Source: a virus. From it: 64,000 nt of DNA. Within the stretch, counting starts at the first letter, position 1, and each line of letters begins with the position of its first letter. The notes under the pieces were generated by a model. It saw only the letters and a list, made by a program, of their open reading frames with translations. It ran no database searches and was not told where the DNA came from. Positions 27,374 through 35,390 of the stretch are shown here, piece by piece. The stretch lies in the IMG/VR virus record IMGVR_UViG_3300013126_000021, positions 1 to 64,000 of that record; one strand, given 5' to 3'. Made by a program: the position numbers and the translations under genes.

Positions 27374-27834
27374 AGGATTGTGGGATAGATTATTCCAAAT
27401 TGGATTGGAATATGATAGGAAAAGGCTATTCGCCAGCCGATGGTGTCAAAAAACCGACACTTGTCGCGGTGTCGGTCGCGGATGGTCGGATGAGAATGAT
27501 TGCTATTTAGGATGAGCGTGGATGGGCGTGAACCAGAGCCCACCAGTGCCAGCCGACCACTAGCAGCCAGAGCCAGCCAACCTAAGCCCGAGGCTCTCAC
27601 GCGCCAAAACGATCTAGGAGCGCCTCGGAGGTGCGCAGGAAGGTCCCAGTACCATCCACACCGTTCCAAACGCTCCTACGCGCCTCCTTGGTTCCGTTGC
27701 ATCGGAGCCACACTGGTGGGGTGCTGGTTGCCTCTACGGCTCTCCGCATGCTATAATGGTCCAAACGGCTTGCGCCGGTGCTGGTGGGCAGGCAGGGGCG
27801 GATTAGAGCCTCGGACGTCCAGTGCTATGGTTCC

Positions 27835-27893
27835 ATCCTACAGGAACCAGAACCGGTGGCAACCAACCCTGGACCTGTTGTATCAGGCCAACA
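27835..27893 (-). promoter_or_regulatory. Island promoter/operator cassette 5 (no ORF directly downstream)
   Basis: TTGCCA-N16-TAGGAT plus dyad at 27876-27893. Confidence 0.8.
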
Positions 27894-28110
27894 CCTCTTG
27901 GATACCAATCTCATCCACCAGCAGGCGGGACACCGGTTCGGTACCACGCCAGCGGAGGTGGATAGGTTCATCCAGCACCAGCGTATGCTGAACGGTCCCT
28001 CCGTACTTTACACGGGACTCCACTACAGTACCGACCACGACGGTATCGGTAAGGTAAGCCGCTCGGACACGTTGACCCTCACGGATCCAGGTTGAATTGG
28101 TGGTTTTCAT
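27883..28110 (-). CDS. Hypothetical SH3-like protein
   Basis: EGQRV.A.YL...V.G.V.ESRVKYGG.VQH. Confidence 0.65.
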   Translation of the reverse strand: MKTTNSTWIREGQRVRAAYLTDTVVVGTVVESRVKYGGTVQHTLVLDEPIHLRWRGTEPVSRLLVDEIGIQEVLA

Positions 28111-28316
28111 CAGACTAGGTCCCATCCGGAATCTCCGAAGTTTTCTTCGTAAAAGGAATGAAGCATGGAATCAATATATTCGGCATACGCTTGGCGCGCC
28201 TCTTCCTCATGGGACTCCTCTACCAATTCCCTCAATTCACGGTTCACCTCATCCATACGGACCTCCTCGATTGGTTTCTCGGTAAAAAAACGGTTGGAAT
28301 CGTTTGGTCGCATCAA
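28110..28316 (-). CDS. Acidic hypothetical protein
   Basis: Packed, E-rich ORF. Confidence 0.6.
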   Translation of the reverse strand: MMRPNDSNRFFTEKPIEEVRMDEVNRELRELVEESHEEEARQAYAEYIDSMLHSFYEENFGDSGWDLV

Positions 28317-28502
28317 TTATTCTCCTTCCTCTTCCGACAGCCCCTGATCATATTCCATCACGGCCAACAGGTTGTTCCAGATATGCCGACGGTGCTCATT
28401 GTCGGCTTGGTTCCATTCATTCCAAAAGGAAGGATCCGGGCGAAAACCAAAGGCATCCTTGTGCAGGTCGGATACGAACCTGGTCATAGAATCGATGGGC
28501 AT
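28317..28502 (-). CDS. Hypothetical protein
   Basis: SDLHKDAFGFRP motif; start trimmed to MPIDS behind AAGGA. Confidence 0.7.
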   Translation of the reverse strand: MPIDSMTRFVSDLHKDAFGFRPDPSFWNEWNQADNEHRRHIWNNLLAVMEYDQGLSEEEGE

Positions 28503-28539
28503 GGTGCTTCCTTGTTTTGCTTCGTTCATCATGTAATGG

Positions 28540-28598
28540 ATTCTACAGGTGCCATGGGTGGTGGCAACCATTGGTGAACCTGTTGTATGGAAGCAACG
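28540..28598 (-). promoter_or_regulatory. Island promoter/operator cassette 6
   Basis: TTGCCA-N16-TAGAAT plus tgttg-N8-caacg. Confidence 0.85.
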
Positions 28599-28653
28599 GA
28601 AAAAAGGTGCGCAGGGGCGGATTAGAGCCTCGGGCATCCAGTGCTATGGTTCC

Positions 28654-28702
28654 ATCCTACAGGTACCAGACTGGCTGGCAACCGTGTAGCATGGAAACAA
28701 CA
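28654..28702 (-). promoter_or_regulatory. Island promoter/operator cassette 7 (no ORF directly downstream)
   Basis: TTGCCA-N16-TAGGAT plus tgtag-N8-caaca. Confidence 0.8.
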
Positions 28703-28704
28703 GG

Positions 28705-28926
28705 TCAGTCCAGAAGGACCATGTATTCCTCGGGGAAGTACCGACGGAACCAATCCAGGCCCTTCCTGACGATGGCATAATTCCCGACCATTTCCGCACC
28801 AATGATGCAATCATATACGGCTACCGCATCAGGGGGAAGTGTCACCGACTGCCCGGTGAACCGGTTGGTGATCACCTCAGGTTCGGTCCCAAGGATGAGA
28901 GAAAAGGGAGGCTTTCGGTTGCTCAT
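28705..28926 (-). CDS. Hypothetical protein
   Basis: NRFTG.SV.L...AVAVYD.I.GAE...GLDWFR..FP.EYMVLLD. Confidence 0.7.
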   Translation of the reverse strand: MSNRKPPFSLILGTEPEVITNRFTGQSVTLPPDAVAVYDCIIGAEMVGNYAIVRKGLDWFRRYFPEEYMVLLD

Positions 28927-28929
28927 CGT

Positions 28930-29112
28930 TCATTCTCCAGAAAAGGAAGGGGTTACACCGCAAGCTTCGAAAAACCGGATGGTATCGAAGCGGGGGTTAA
29001 GCTTCACGCAAGCCGACGCCACGGCCACCGAGGCATTCAGGCGGGCGGTGGGGTCCATCATCATACGGATGGATTCGGCGATGGTCTCGAAGTCTTTTTT
29101 GGACATTGCCAT
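28930..29112 (-). CDS. Hypothetical protein
   Basis: MSKKDF..IA...NPRFD..RF..ACG. Confidence 0.7.
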   Translation of the reverse strand: MAMSKKDFETIAESIRMMMDPTARLNASVAVASACVKLNPRFDTIRFFEACGVTPSFSGE

Positions 29113-29158
29113 GGTATTTCCTTGGTTGGCTTGGTTGGTTTTTTGTTTCGATGGATGG

Positions 29159-29217
29159 ATTCTACAGGAACTAGACTGGCTGGCAACCTGTAGGGCCCCT
29201 GTTGTTTTTCTGCATCA
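29159..29217 (-). promoter_or_regulatory. Island promoter/operator cassette 8
   Basis: TTGCCA-N16-TAGAAT plus tgttg-N8-catca. Confidence 0.85.
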
Positions 29218-29293
29218 CCATGGTCTCCAAACGAAGAGGTCCAACAGGATCACCACCAGGGCGAAGAAAAACAACACCGAGAACACCGAGCGC

Positions 29294-29548
29294 TCAAGCA
29301 TGGCGGCGCGCATTGGACATGTCACGGGCGACCATTTCCGTCCGCGCGACAAAGCTAGGCAGGAGGTCCGGATTGTCGGAGACCATATCGATCAGCATGG
29401 ACTCCAGATAGCCGAGGGCATACAATCCGGAATTGGTTGAATCGGATCCACGCGAGACCTCCTCGCGGGTTCGGATCATACGGACGAAGGTCTCGACCAC
29501 ATTGGCGGCGAGGGCTCGGTCGACCTTGATGGTTTTGGCTTTGCTCAT
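29294..29548 (-). CDS. Hypothetical protein
   Basis: MSKAK start after AAGGAG; YALGYLESML. Confidence 0.65.
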   Translation of the reverse strand: MSKAKTIKVDRALAANVVETFVRMIRTREEVSRGSDSTNSGLYALGYLESMLIDMVSDNPDLLPSFVARTEMVARDMSNARRHA

Positions 29549-29582
29549 GCTTGGCTCCTTGTAAATTTTCATCATGGAATGG

Positions 29583-29640
29583 ATTCTACAGGGGCCACTG
29601 GTGGTGGCAACCAGTTCGGTAGTGTTGTGTGAGTGCAACA
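29583..29640 (-). promoter_or_regulatory. Island promoter/operator cassette 9
   Basis: TTGCCA-N16-TAGAAT plus dyad at 29623-29640. Confidence 0.85.
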
Positions 29641-29780
29641 GGGGGGCTTAAAATTTGGCGGGCTGTTGCTTAAAAATTACGCGGTGTAAGTAATTTTGCG
29701 CTATGGCCCAAACTCTTTTTTTTAAAAATTTATTTTCTGGGGGCCGGAAGAGAAATTTCGAAAAAATGCTATAGATAAAA

Positions 29781-29815
29781 TTTTTTTGGAGGGCCCGGAG
29801 CCCTCCAACCTTTTT
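29781..29815. terminator. Intrinsic terminator hairpin
   Basis: ttggagggc-ccgga-gccctccaa with nearby T-tracts. Confidence 0.6.
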
Positions 29816-29828
29816 ACTACTCTGTTTA

Positions 29829-30059
29829 CTACTCTGTTATTACAACTACATCACCTACGAGCATTTCACCTGAGATATGGGCTGAACCCATCAATTCATT
29901 ACCTTTTGCTTCGGCTAATTCAACTGTTGAAAATGGTCCTGCTGCTACAAAAAGGTCTCCTGAAATGTATTCAGTAATATATGTACCATCTACATCTACA
30001 TAGATTTTACAGGTCATATCATTGGCTGAAATGTCTTTTACTTCTACTGGATCGCTCAT
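29829..30059 (-). CDS. Hypothetical protein
   Basis: ORF with RBS. Confidence 0.6.
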   Translation of the reverse strand: MSDPVEVKDISANDMTCKIYVDVDGTYITEYISGDLFVAAGPFSTVELAEAKGNELMGSAHISGEMLVGDVVVITE

Positions 30060-30068
30060 GTTTTTTCC

Positions 30069-30491
30069 TTATAGTTCGGGCTGATTTTTGGATTTCCATC
30101 GTTTAATACTGTAGTACTGTTCAACACGTTGTTTAGCATCACGAAGGTTTAGCCCTAGCACTGTGACATGGAGTATATTGTCTTGTATATAACTACGAAA
30201 AGGGCAATCTGGATTTACATGGATTTTATCGTCTGCAAGTTCTGCTTTAAGGTGGTAAAAATTTCCATCTTTTACTCTCTGTACAAGGTTCATTGATTCT
30301 GTGTGTATGTACATCATTTCTTTCCACCAGAATTCTGCATCTTCTTGTGTTAGGAAATCTCCTGATATTTTTGCTCCTGTTTTTGGATTAATCCAGAACC
30401 AAACGAAGTCTTGTAGTTCTTCATCCCTATATCGAATGAGATGGGCTGTGAAGTATCTCTTATTATCTTTTTTCTGTTCGTTTATACTCAT
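30069..30491 (-). CDS. Hypothetical protein
   Basis: Packed ORF. Confidence 0.6.
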   Translation of the reverse strand: MSINEQKKDNKRYFTAHLIRYRDEELQDFVWFWINPKTGAKISGDFLTQEDAEFWWKEMMYIHTESMNLVQRVKDGNFYHLKAELADDKIHVNPDCPFRSYIQDNILHVTVLGLNLRDAKQRVEQYYSIKRWKSKNQPEL

Positions 30492-30496
30492 CTATT

Positions 30497-31060
30497 TTAC
30501 GGAGATTTGTCTGATTTAGTGAACCATAGTTGGATTGAGTAACGTATTTGCGCATTGGGTGAAATTGGTGTCGTGCAATGCCATTCTGTGTTTGTCGTGT
30601 GAATGGCTGTATTGTACTGTGGAATCCAGAAGTTACCGTACGGAACATTAAATGCTGGTTGAGACAGGTCATTTCCTGAATTCTCTGTCGTCCATGCGAA
30701 CCAACCACCCCAATTGGAATCCCATTCCCGTGATAGGTATATCGAGAGCGCATCATACTCCGGAAAATCTGGATGCCAATTTACACAAGACAAAGGAAAA
30801 CCCATATAGAAAAGCGCAGAGGTTGTCTCTGGTTTCCAAGAGATTTTACCTCTTGTATATAATTCGTCATAAATTTCTGCTCGAAGGTGCTCGGGCATTA
30901 CACGAGAAAGAATCGTTCCTGTCGTCGTGTATTTAAGCACATCCAACCACTTTACTTGATTGGATGCCCATACATCACCTTGTTTGGTCTCCTCATTCCA
31001 AGAAAAAATTCTATCAATGAGATTCTGAGAAAGCACATCTGTAAGTATATTAACTGCCAT
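30497..31060 (-). CDS. 2OG-Fe(II) oxygenase (prolyl-hydroxylase-like)
   Basis: WHPD, IYL..EWD.NWGG.F, WHCTTP, RYSIQ. Confidence 0.8.
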   Translation of the reverse strand: MAVNILTDVLSQNLIDRIFSWNEETKQGDVWASNQVKWLDVLKYTTTGTILSRVMPEHLRAEIYDELYTRGKISWKPETTSALFYMGFPLSCVNWHPDFPEYDALSIYLSREWDSNWGGWFAWTTENSGNDLSQPAFNVPYGNFWIPQYNTAIHTTNTEWHCTTPISPNAQIRYSIQLWFTKSDKSP

Positions 31061-31069
31061 TATTTCACC

Positions 31070-33163
31070 TTATGAAATCAACTGAATAAACCGATTCAGT
31101 AAAATACGATCATTTACACGCCCGGCTCTATATTTAGAAAAAGCAGAAACAAGGGAACGTGTCGTGTTTTTAGTGGGTTCGAAATCAACCTCATCATCTA
31201 ATCCTATTTTATCGGAACGCAGAAAGTAGTATTCATCATATCCATCAACCTTTGCAAAAGTAAATTTCTTACGAGAAAAATCTGAAATAAGTTTATCTTT
31301 TTCAAAGTAATTAATTTCTTTTTCAAAGGAATAACTGGACAAAAATCTACGAAGCTCACGGTTCATTGCAATATAGAAACCGATAAAATTTCCACCAACA
31401 CGTTCTTTTAACAATTTCAAAAGCGCAGACGTCTGAAGGCTGGAAACATCTTTGCCATATTTACTTTCATCATTTGTTGATACAACGCTTTTGGTTTTTG
31501 TGTCACGGAAAAAGATTTTTGTATTGTATGGAAATGCTCCAAAGGTCAATTTTCCTTCTTCATTTGCGGAAGTAACATAAGAAGAAAGTTGCGAACCATC
31601 TCCATCACTTAGAAAAACAGTATTTACAATTTCGACTTTATTTTTTTCCTTGAATTGTGGAATTACATCAAACGCAGCAATGATACATTCATTCAAAGGA
31701 GTACCGGAAAGAGACATGATATGTGGAATACTATAGTTGCACATATATTTTCTTCCACCTTGTGGTGGGTAATTTACAAGGTAAGAACACATTTTTACGT
31801 ATTCATTTGAAGTCATTTTTGAAGAAAGAAGATTTAGTAGAGAAAACTTTCCAATGCAGATATCACCATATTTTGGATTTGATAAAGAACTTGAATGCGA
31901 AAAATCTCCCGTATCATTGTTGGTGTGAGTAGAAAATGCATACACTTCAAACGGAAGGTTCACTTTCTTACAAAAGAATACGATATTCAACAATTGTTTG
32001 ATCGTTGAATTAATATGTTCTTGCATCGATCCGGACCAATCAATAAACAAAACCAATCCGTGTGATTTACCATTAGGTACTTTTGTCATTCTTGCGAAAA
32101 TGTCATCGGTGAATTTGTATTCATGAATTTTGTTCATGTTAATATCACCGGTTTTTGAGATTTTTGCGCGAGCCATCTGAGATGCATTTTTCCTAAGCTC
32201 GAATTCTTTTACAAGATACGAAACAACTTTACTTGATTCCTTTTTGAATTTATTGAATTCTTTCATCATTTCAGAAAAATCCAAAAATTCATTACCTGAA
32301 TTGTGATCATCCAGTTTCCGAATAAGCTCACTATATGGAATAATAATATTTTTTAGATTCAGTTCAGGAATATTCAGATATTTCAAATCTTTCCGATCAC
32401 TTGAAAATAATTGTTTTTCATTTTCCCGAAAAACATTATCGGTTTTTGATTCGATGTATTCTTCAAACAGGTTGGAATCATTTTTTTTATATTTTTCCGT
32501 ATCTGATTCATTATCTTCATATTCATTTTCCTGATAATCACCTTCATCTTCATCTTCATCTGAATCATCCAATTCAAATAAACGAACAGTTTGATTTTGA
32601 ATTTGTTCGAATTCACTTTTCATAAACTGTTCGATTTTTTGAGCGATTTTTACGACCTCATCGAAAGTTTCGGTACTCTCAACTTCTCTCAGTAGGAGTT
32701 CTTCCTCAAATGAAAATTGAATTCCTTGAGCAGAACCACCTTTTGTGTATAAATTAACACGATCAATGAAGTTAAGTTCATTCAAATTTTGATTTTTTAC
32801 ACCGAAAAAATCTTTTTCTAGTAGTTCCCGATAACCTTTTACGAAGGAGTAACGAATGCCCGGAAATTTTCGTTTGATTTTCTTTTCGATTCTAGCATCT
32901 TCACACACATTAAGTATGGAGCGATTGACTTTTAGATCAACGACTGAATGATGCCATCCATCTTTAGGCGTTTCAAGCGCATGCCCGACTTCATGCCCCA
33001 AAAGTAGATCAAGAAGTTCAGAGGAAAGATTACCATCAAGAATGGGAATCGTCAGAGTTCGATTTTCTAGATCGAAAAACGCCGTCGGAACTTTTTTTTG
33101 CTCGATGAAAATATTTTCTGTAGCCATCAGACGAGCAAGATTTGATTTTGACTGAATAATCAC
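31070..33163 (-). CDS. CobT-like metallopeptidase-VWA protein (MoxR partner)
   Basis: GHEVGHAL, NV.EDARIE, MIDAS DWSGSM, SGTPL, FLSDGDG. Confidence 0.88.
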   Translation of the reverse strand: MIIQSKSNLARLMATENIFIEQKKVPTAFFDLENRTLTIPILDGNLSSELLDLLLGHEVGHALETPKDGWHHSVVDLKVNRSILNVCEDARIEKKIKRKFPGIRYSFVKGYRELLEKDFFGVKNQNLNELNFIDRVNLYTKGGSAQGIQFSFEEELLLREVESTETFDEVVKIAQKIEQFMKSEFEQIQNQTVRLFELDDSDEDEDEGDYQENEYEDNESDTEKYKKNDSNLFEEYIESKTDNVFRENEKQLFSSDRKDLKYLNIPELNLKNIIIPYSELIRKLDDHNSGNEFLDFSEMMKEFNKFKKESSKVVSYLVKEFELRKNASQMARAKISKTGDINMNKIHEYKFTDDIFARMTKVPNGKSHGLVLFIDWSGSMQEHINSTIKQLLNIVFFCKKVNLPFEVYAFSTHTNNDTGDFSHSSSLSNPKYGDICIGKFSLLNLLSSKMTSNEYVKMCSYLVNYPPQGGRKYMCNYSIPHIMSLSGTPLNECIIAAFDVIPQFKEKNKVEIVNTVFLSDGDGSQLSSYVTSANEEGKLTFGAFPYNTKIFFRDTKTKSVVSTNDESKYGKDVSSLQTSALLKLLKERVGGNFIGFYIAMNRELRRFLSSYSFEKEINYFEKDKLISDFSRKKFTFAKVDGYDEYYFLRSDKIGLDDEVDFEPTKNTTRSLVSAFSKYRAGRVNDRILLNRFIQLIS

Positions 33164-33232
33164 TATTATTCCTTGAAAAACTTTTGAAAATTATTGATTT
33201 ATAAGTTATTTTATCAAAAAATATGAAAAAAG

Positions 33233-33484
33233 TCAAGAAAAATCAAACGAAAGTTGTTCCGGTGCGACTTTTTTGACAATTATTTGTTTTTTTTCTTCAT
33301 CAAAAGAGAAATGTAACTTGTCACCTTCGTTCCAATTCAGTTTTTCACACAATCCTTCAGGAAATGTCAAAAATCCATCACCGGAACCATCATCAGCATC
33401 AACAATTTCTACATAACCACTAAAAATGTCTTGAGGTTGAATCCAATTGTGAATTATTTCATTTAATTGTTGCCATGCTTCCAT
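33233..33484 (-). CDS. AbrB/MazE-like DNA-binding protein
   Basis: LTFPEGLCEKLNWNEGDKLHF. Confidence 0.65.
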   Translation of the reverse strand: MEAWQQLNEIIHNWIQPQDIFSGYVEIVDADDGSGDGFLTFPEGLCEKLNWNEGDKLHFSFDEEKKQIIVKKVAPEQLSFDFS

Positions 33485-33485
33485 T

Positions 33486-33827
33486 TTATCTCCTCATTTT
33501 TGCAATATCCTTAGCTTCTTCATCAGAAAAAATAGGAATAGCATTAGATTTGTGTAGAGTACCAATTCCAATAATTTTTGTACCAGTATAAACTTTTTTC
33601 TGTGGCGCAGGAGCGACTTGCAATCCAGAGTCAACAGACGGAATATGTTTTGTCGTGAACCTTCCAGGAGGAATCTTAGGAACGTACTTTAGTGTTTTCG
33701 AATTGGTTTTTGGTTTGTTTGTCGGTGTAGCACTAGTATGTTTTTTTAACCATGCGGCATACTCTTCTCGCTCCTTTTGAGGAGCGAGTTTATGTTTTGA
33801 CTTTTCGGCACCAGTGTAAATCATCAT
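33486..33827 (-). CDS. Conserved hypothetical T4-like protein
   Basis: YTG.KIIGIGTLHKSNAIPIFS.EEA..IA.MRR. Confidence 0.7.
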   Translation of the reverse strand: MMIYTGAEKSKHKLAPQKEREEYAAWLKKHTSATPTNKPKTNSKTLKYVPKIPPGRFTTKHIPSVDSGLQVAPAPQKKVYTGTKIIGIGTLHKSNAIPIFSDEEAKDIAKMRR

Positions 33828-33853
33828 TTTTCATACTCCGTTAAACAGTTTTT

Positions 33854-33907
33854 ATTATAACGGATATCATTACAATTGTCAAGAAATTTCGTTGTTTATA
33901 TACAACT
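33854..33907 (-). promoter_or_regulatory. Consensus promoter TTGACA-N17-TATAAT with GTTG-N8-CAAC dyad
   Basis: Dyad at 33890-33907. Confidence 0.8.
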
Positions 33908-33909
33908 TA

Positions 33910-34098
33910 CTACTTGTTTGATTCTACTGTATCATAACCACCGGAATAATTCTCATCCTCAAGACTACGCATTTTCATTTTACGCATTTCTCTATAGATT
34001 TCCTTTTTTCTTTTTTTGTTTTTAGTGAAATCTCTAGAATATCCTTCATCATCATTATAATTACGATTTTGACGAAATTTTCCAACAAATTTTGACAC
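33910..34098 (-). CDS. Small basic protein
   Basis: GTG start after AAGGAG. Confidence 0.55.
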   Translation of the reverse strand: MSKFVGKFRQNRNYNDDEGYSRDFTKNKKRKKEIYREMRKMKMRSLEDENYSGGYDTVESNK

Positions 34099-34117
34099 TT
34101 AGTTTTTCTCCTTAAAA

Positions 34118-34540
34118 TTATAGAACATCTGGAATATTGTCTTTGACAAATTTATATGTAAGCCCTTTAATACCAAGGTCTTTTTTGAAGATACCAATAA
34201 TAACATCCGCTTCACGAGGTTCAAGAGATTCAAGTAGAATAATTAGAAGTTCTTTACTCCTTTTTTCTGACAATTTCTCTGCGGTTTCATTACCTTTTTG
34301 AAAGAGATACAACCTTTTCAATTCAGTATCAAGTGACGCAAAAGAAATACCTTTCACTGTGTCAGGAATTTTATACTCCTTTGGATAGCTATTGTATTTC
34401 CATTGCACTTCTGGGCGAAACGTAAGTTGCAAAACTAATTTTAGTGTTGGAGTCCAATTTCTAGCCAACACATCAATTTTCCCCTGTTTCGTACTTTCTT
34501 TTTGAAATTCATCAAAAATTTCGTAAATATTTTTTCTCAT
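34118..34540 (-). CDS. Conserved hypothetical protein downstream of rnh
   Basis: LLESL.P.EA....KKDL..KGLT pattern; synteny. Confidence 0.65.
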   Translation of the reverse strand: MRKNIYEIFDEFQKESTKQGKIDVLARNWTPTLKLVLQLTFRPEVQWKYNSYPKEYKIPDTVKGISFASLDTELKRLYLFQKGNETAEKLSEKRSKELLIILLESLEPREADVIIGIFKKDLGIKGLTYKFVKDNIPDVL

Positions 34541-35382
34541 TAGAATTCCTCAATAACATCAATAAGATTTTTAAGTTTGTTTTGCATAAAATAAGTAATC
34601 AAAGTTGCGCGTGGTGCTGGCTTTGTATTTTCAAATGAAACGACGATTGATTTTTTTATATCTTCTGGAATACAATTCAAATCAATAAGAGTTTGATTTC
34701 TAGAAAATCCAATTCGACAATTTTCATCATATTGTGAATAGTGTTCATCTAGAAACTGTGTTAATTTCCCCTTTGTAATAGGTTTTTGCCTTTGTTCAAG
34801 AACAAAACAATTCGAAGGTGACATGATATTGGGAATACCATCACCTTTGTCGCCTTTGATAATTTTTTCTTTAAGTTCGAGTATTGGATTTTTTGAAGTA
34901 ACAAATTTCTTAGTTGCAGGATTATACTGTTTGATATTTTTGTGAGCCTGCAATTGAAGAAAATCACCATCACTGGACAGAATAAGAATTTTTTCTTGTG
35001 ATGAAAATCTAGGAGCCAACACACCAATTATGTCATCGGCTTCTGCCCTTTCAACATCAAGCACCTTGTATGGAAAGTTGTCTTTCAATTCTTGTTTAAT
35101 TTTACCAAGAATATCAAAAATAAGTTGCCAATCAAGGTTGGTTTTATCACGAGCCTTTTTTCTTCCAGCTTTGTAAAAAGGAAAGAATTCTTTTCTCCAG
35201 TACTGTTTGTTGTCGCAACAGAGTACTGCATCTCCATATTCTTTTTTAAACTGCTTGATGTGTGAACGAAGAACATTCAAAACTAAATGTCGGACTAAAC
35301 CTTCTTCCAGTTTGGTATTCTTATCTGAGATTTGTGCCATTAATCCTGATAATAGTACCTGATTGAGATCAATGAGAATCAT
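34540..35382 (-). CDS. rnh: T4 RNase H (5'-3' exonuclease)
   Basis: ILIDLNQ, YWRK..FP.YKA.RK, EADDII, SSDGDFLQL, GDKGDGIPN. Confidence 0.95.
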   Translation of the reverse strand: MILIDLNQVLLSGLMAQISDKNTKLEEGLVRHLVLNVLRSHIKQFKKEYGDAVLCCDNKQYWRKEFFPFYKAGRKKARDKTNLDWQLIFDILGKIKQELKDNFPYKVLDVERAEADDIIGVLAPRFSSQEKILILSSDGDFLQLQAHKNIKQYNPATKKFVTSKNPILELKEKIIKGDKGDGIPNIMSPSNCFVLEQRQKPITKGKLTQFLDEHYSQYDENCRIGFSRNQTLIDLNCIPEDIKKSIVVSFENTKPAPRATLITYFMQNKLKNLIDVIEEF

Positions 35383-35390
35383 GATAACCT

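Noticed and set aside
27304-27991. ORFs 27304..27669 (-) and 27500..27991 (+)
   Set aside because: No RBS, low-complexity R/S/P-rich translations and overlap with promoters; expected by chance in GC-rich DNA.
28802-29440. 212-aa plus-strand ORF and the other plus-strand shadow ORFs across the window
   Set aside because: They are antisense to well-supported minus-strand genes and show no recognisable motifs.
23816-29640. CRISPR array
   Set aside because: Repeats are degenerate, irregularly spaced, separated by genes and match promoter consensus; no cas genes in the window.
23050-29650. Host contamination or chimeric assembly of the GC-rich segment
   Set aside because: It shares the TGTTG-N8-CAACA dyad, the CCCGGTGG motif and strand orientation with the AT-rich flanks and contains phage-type ORFs. 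Read-level confirmation is still desirable.
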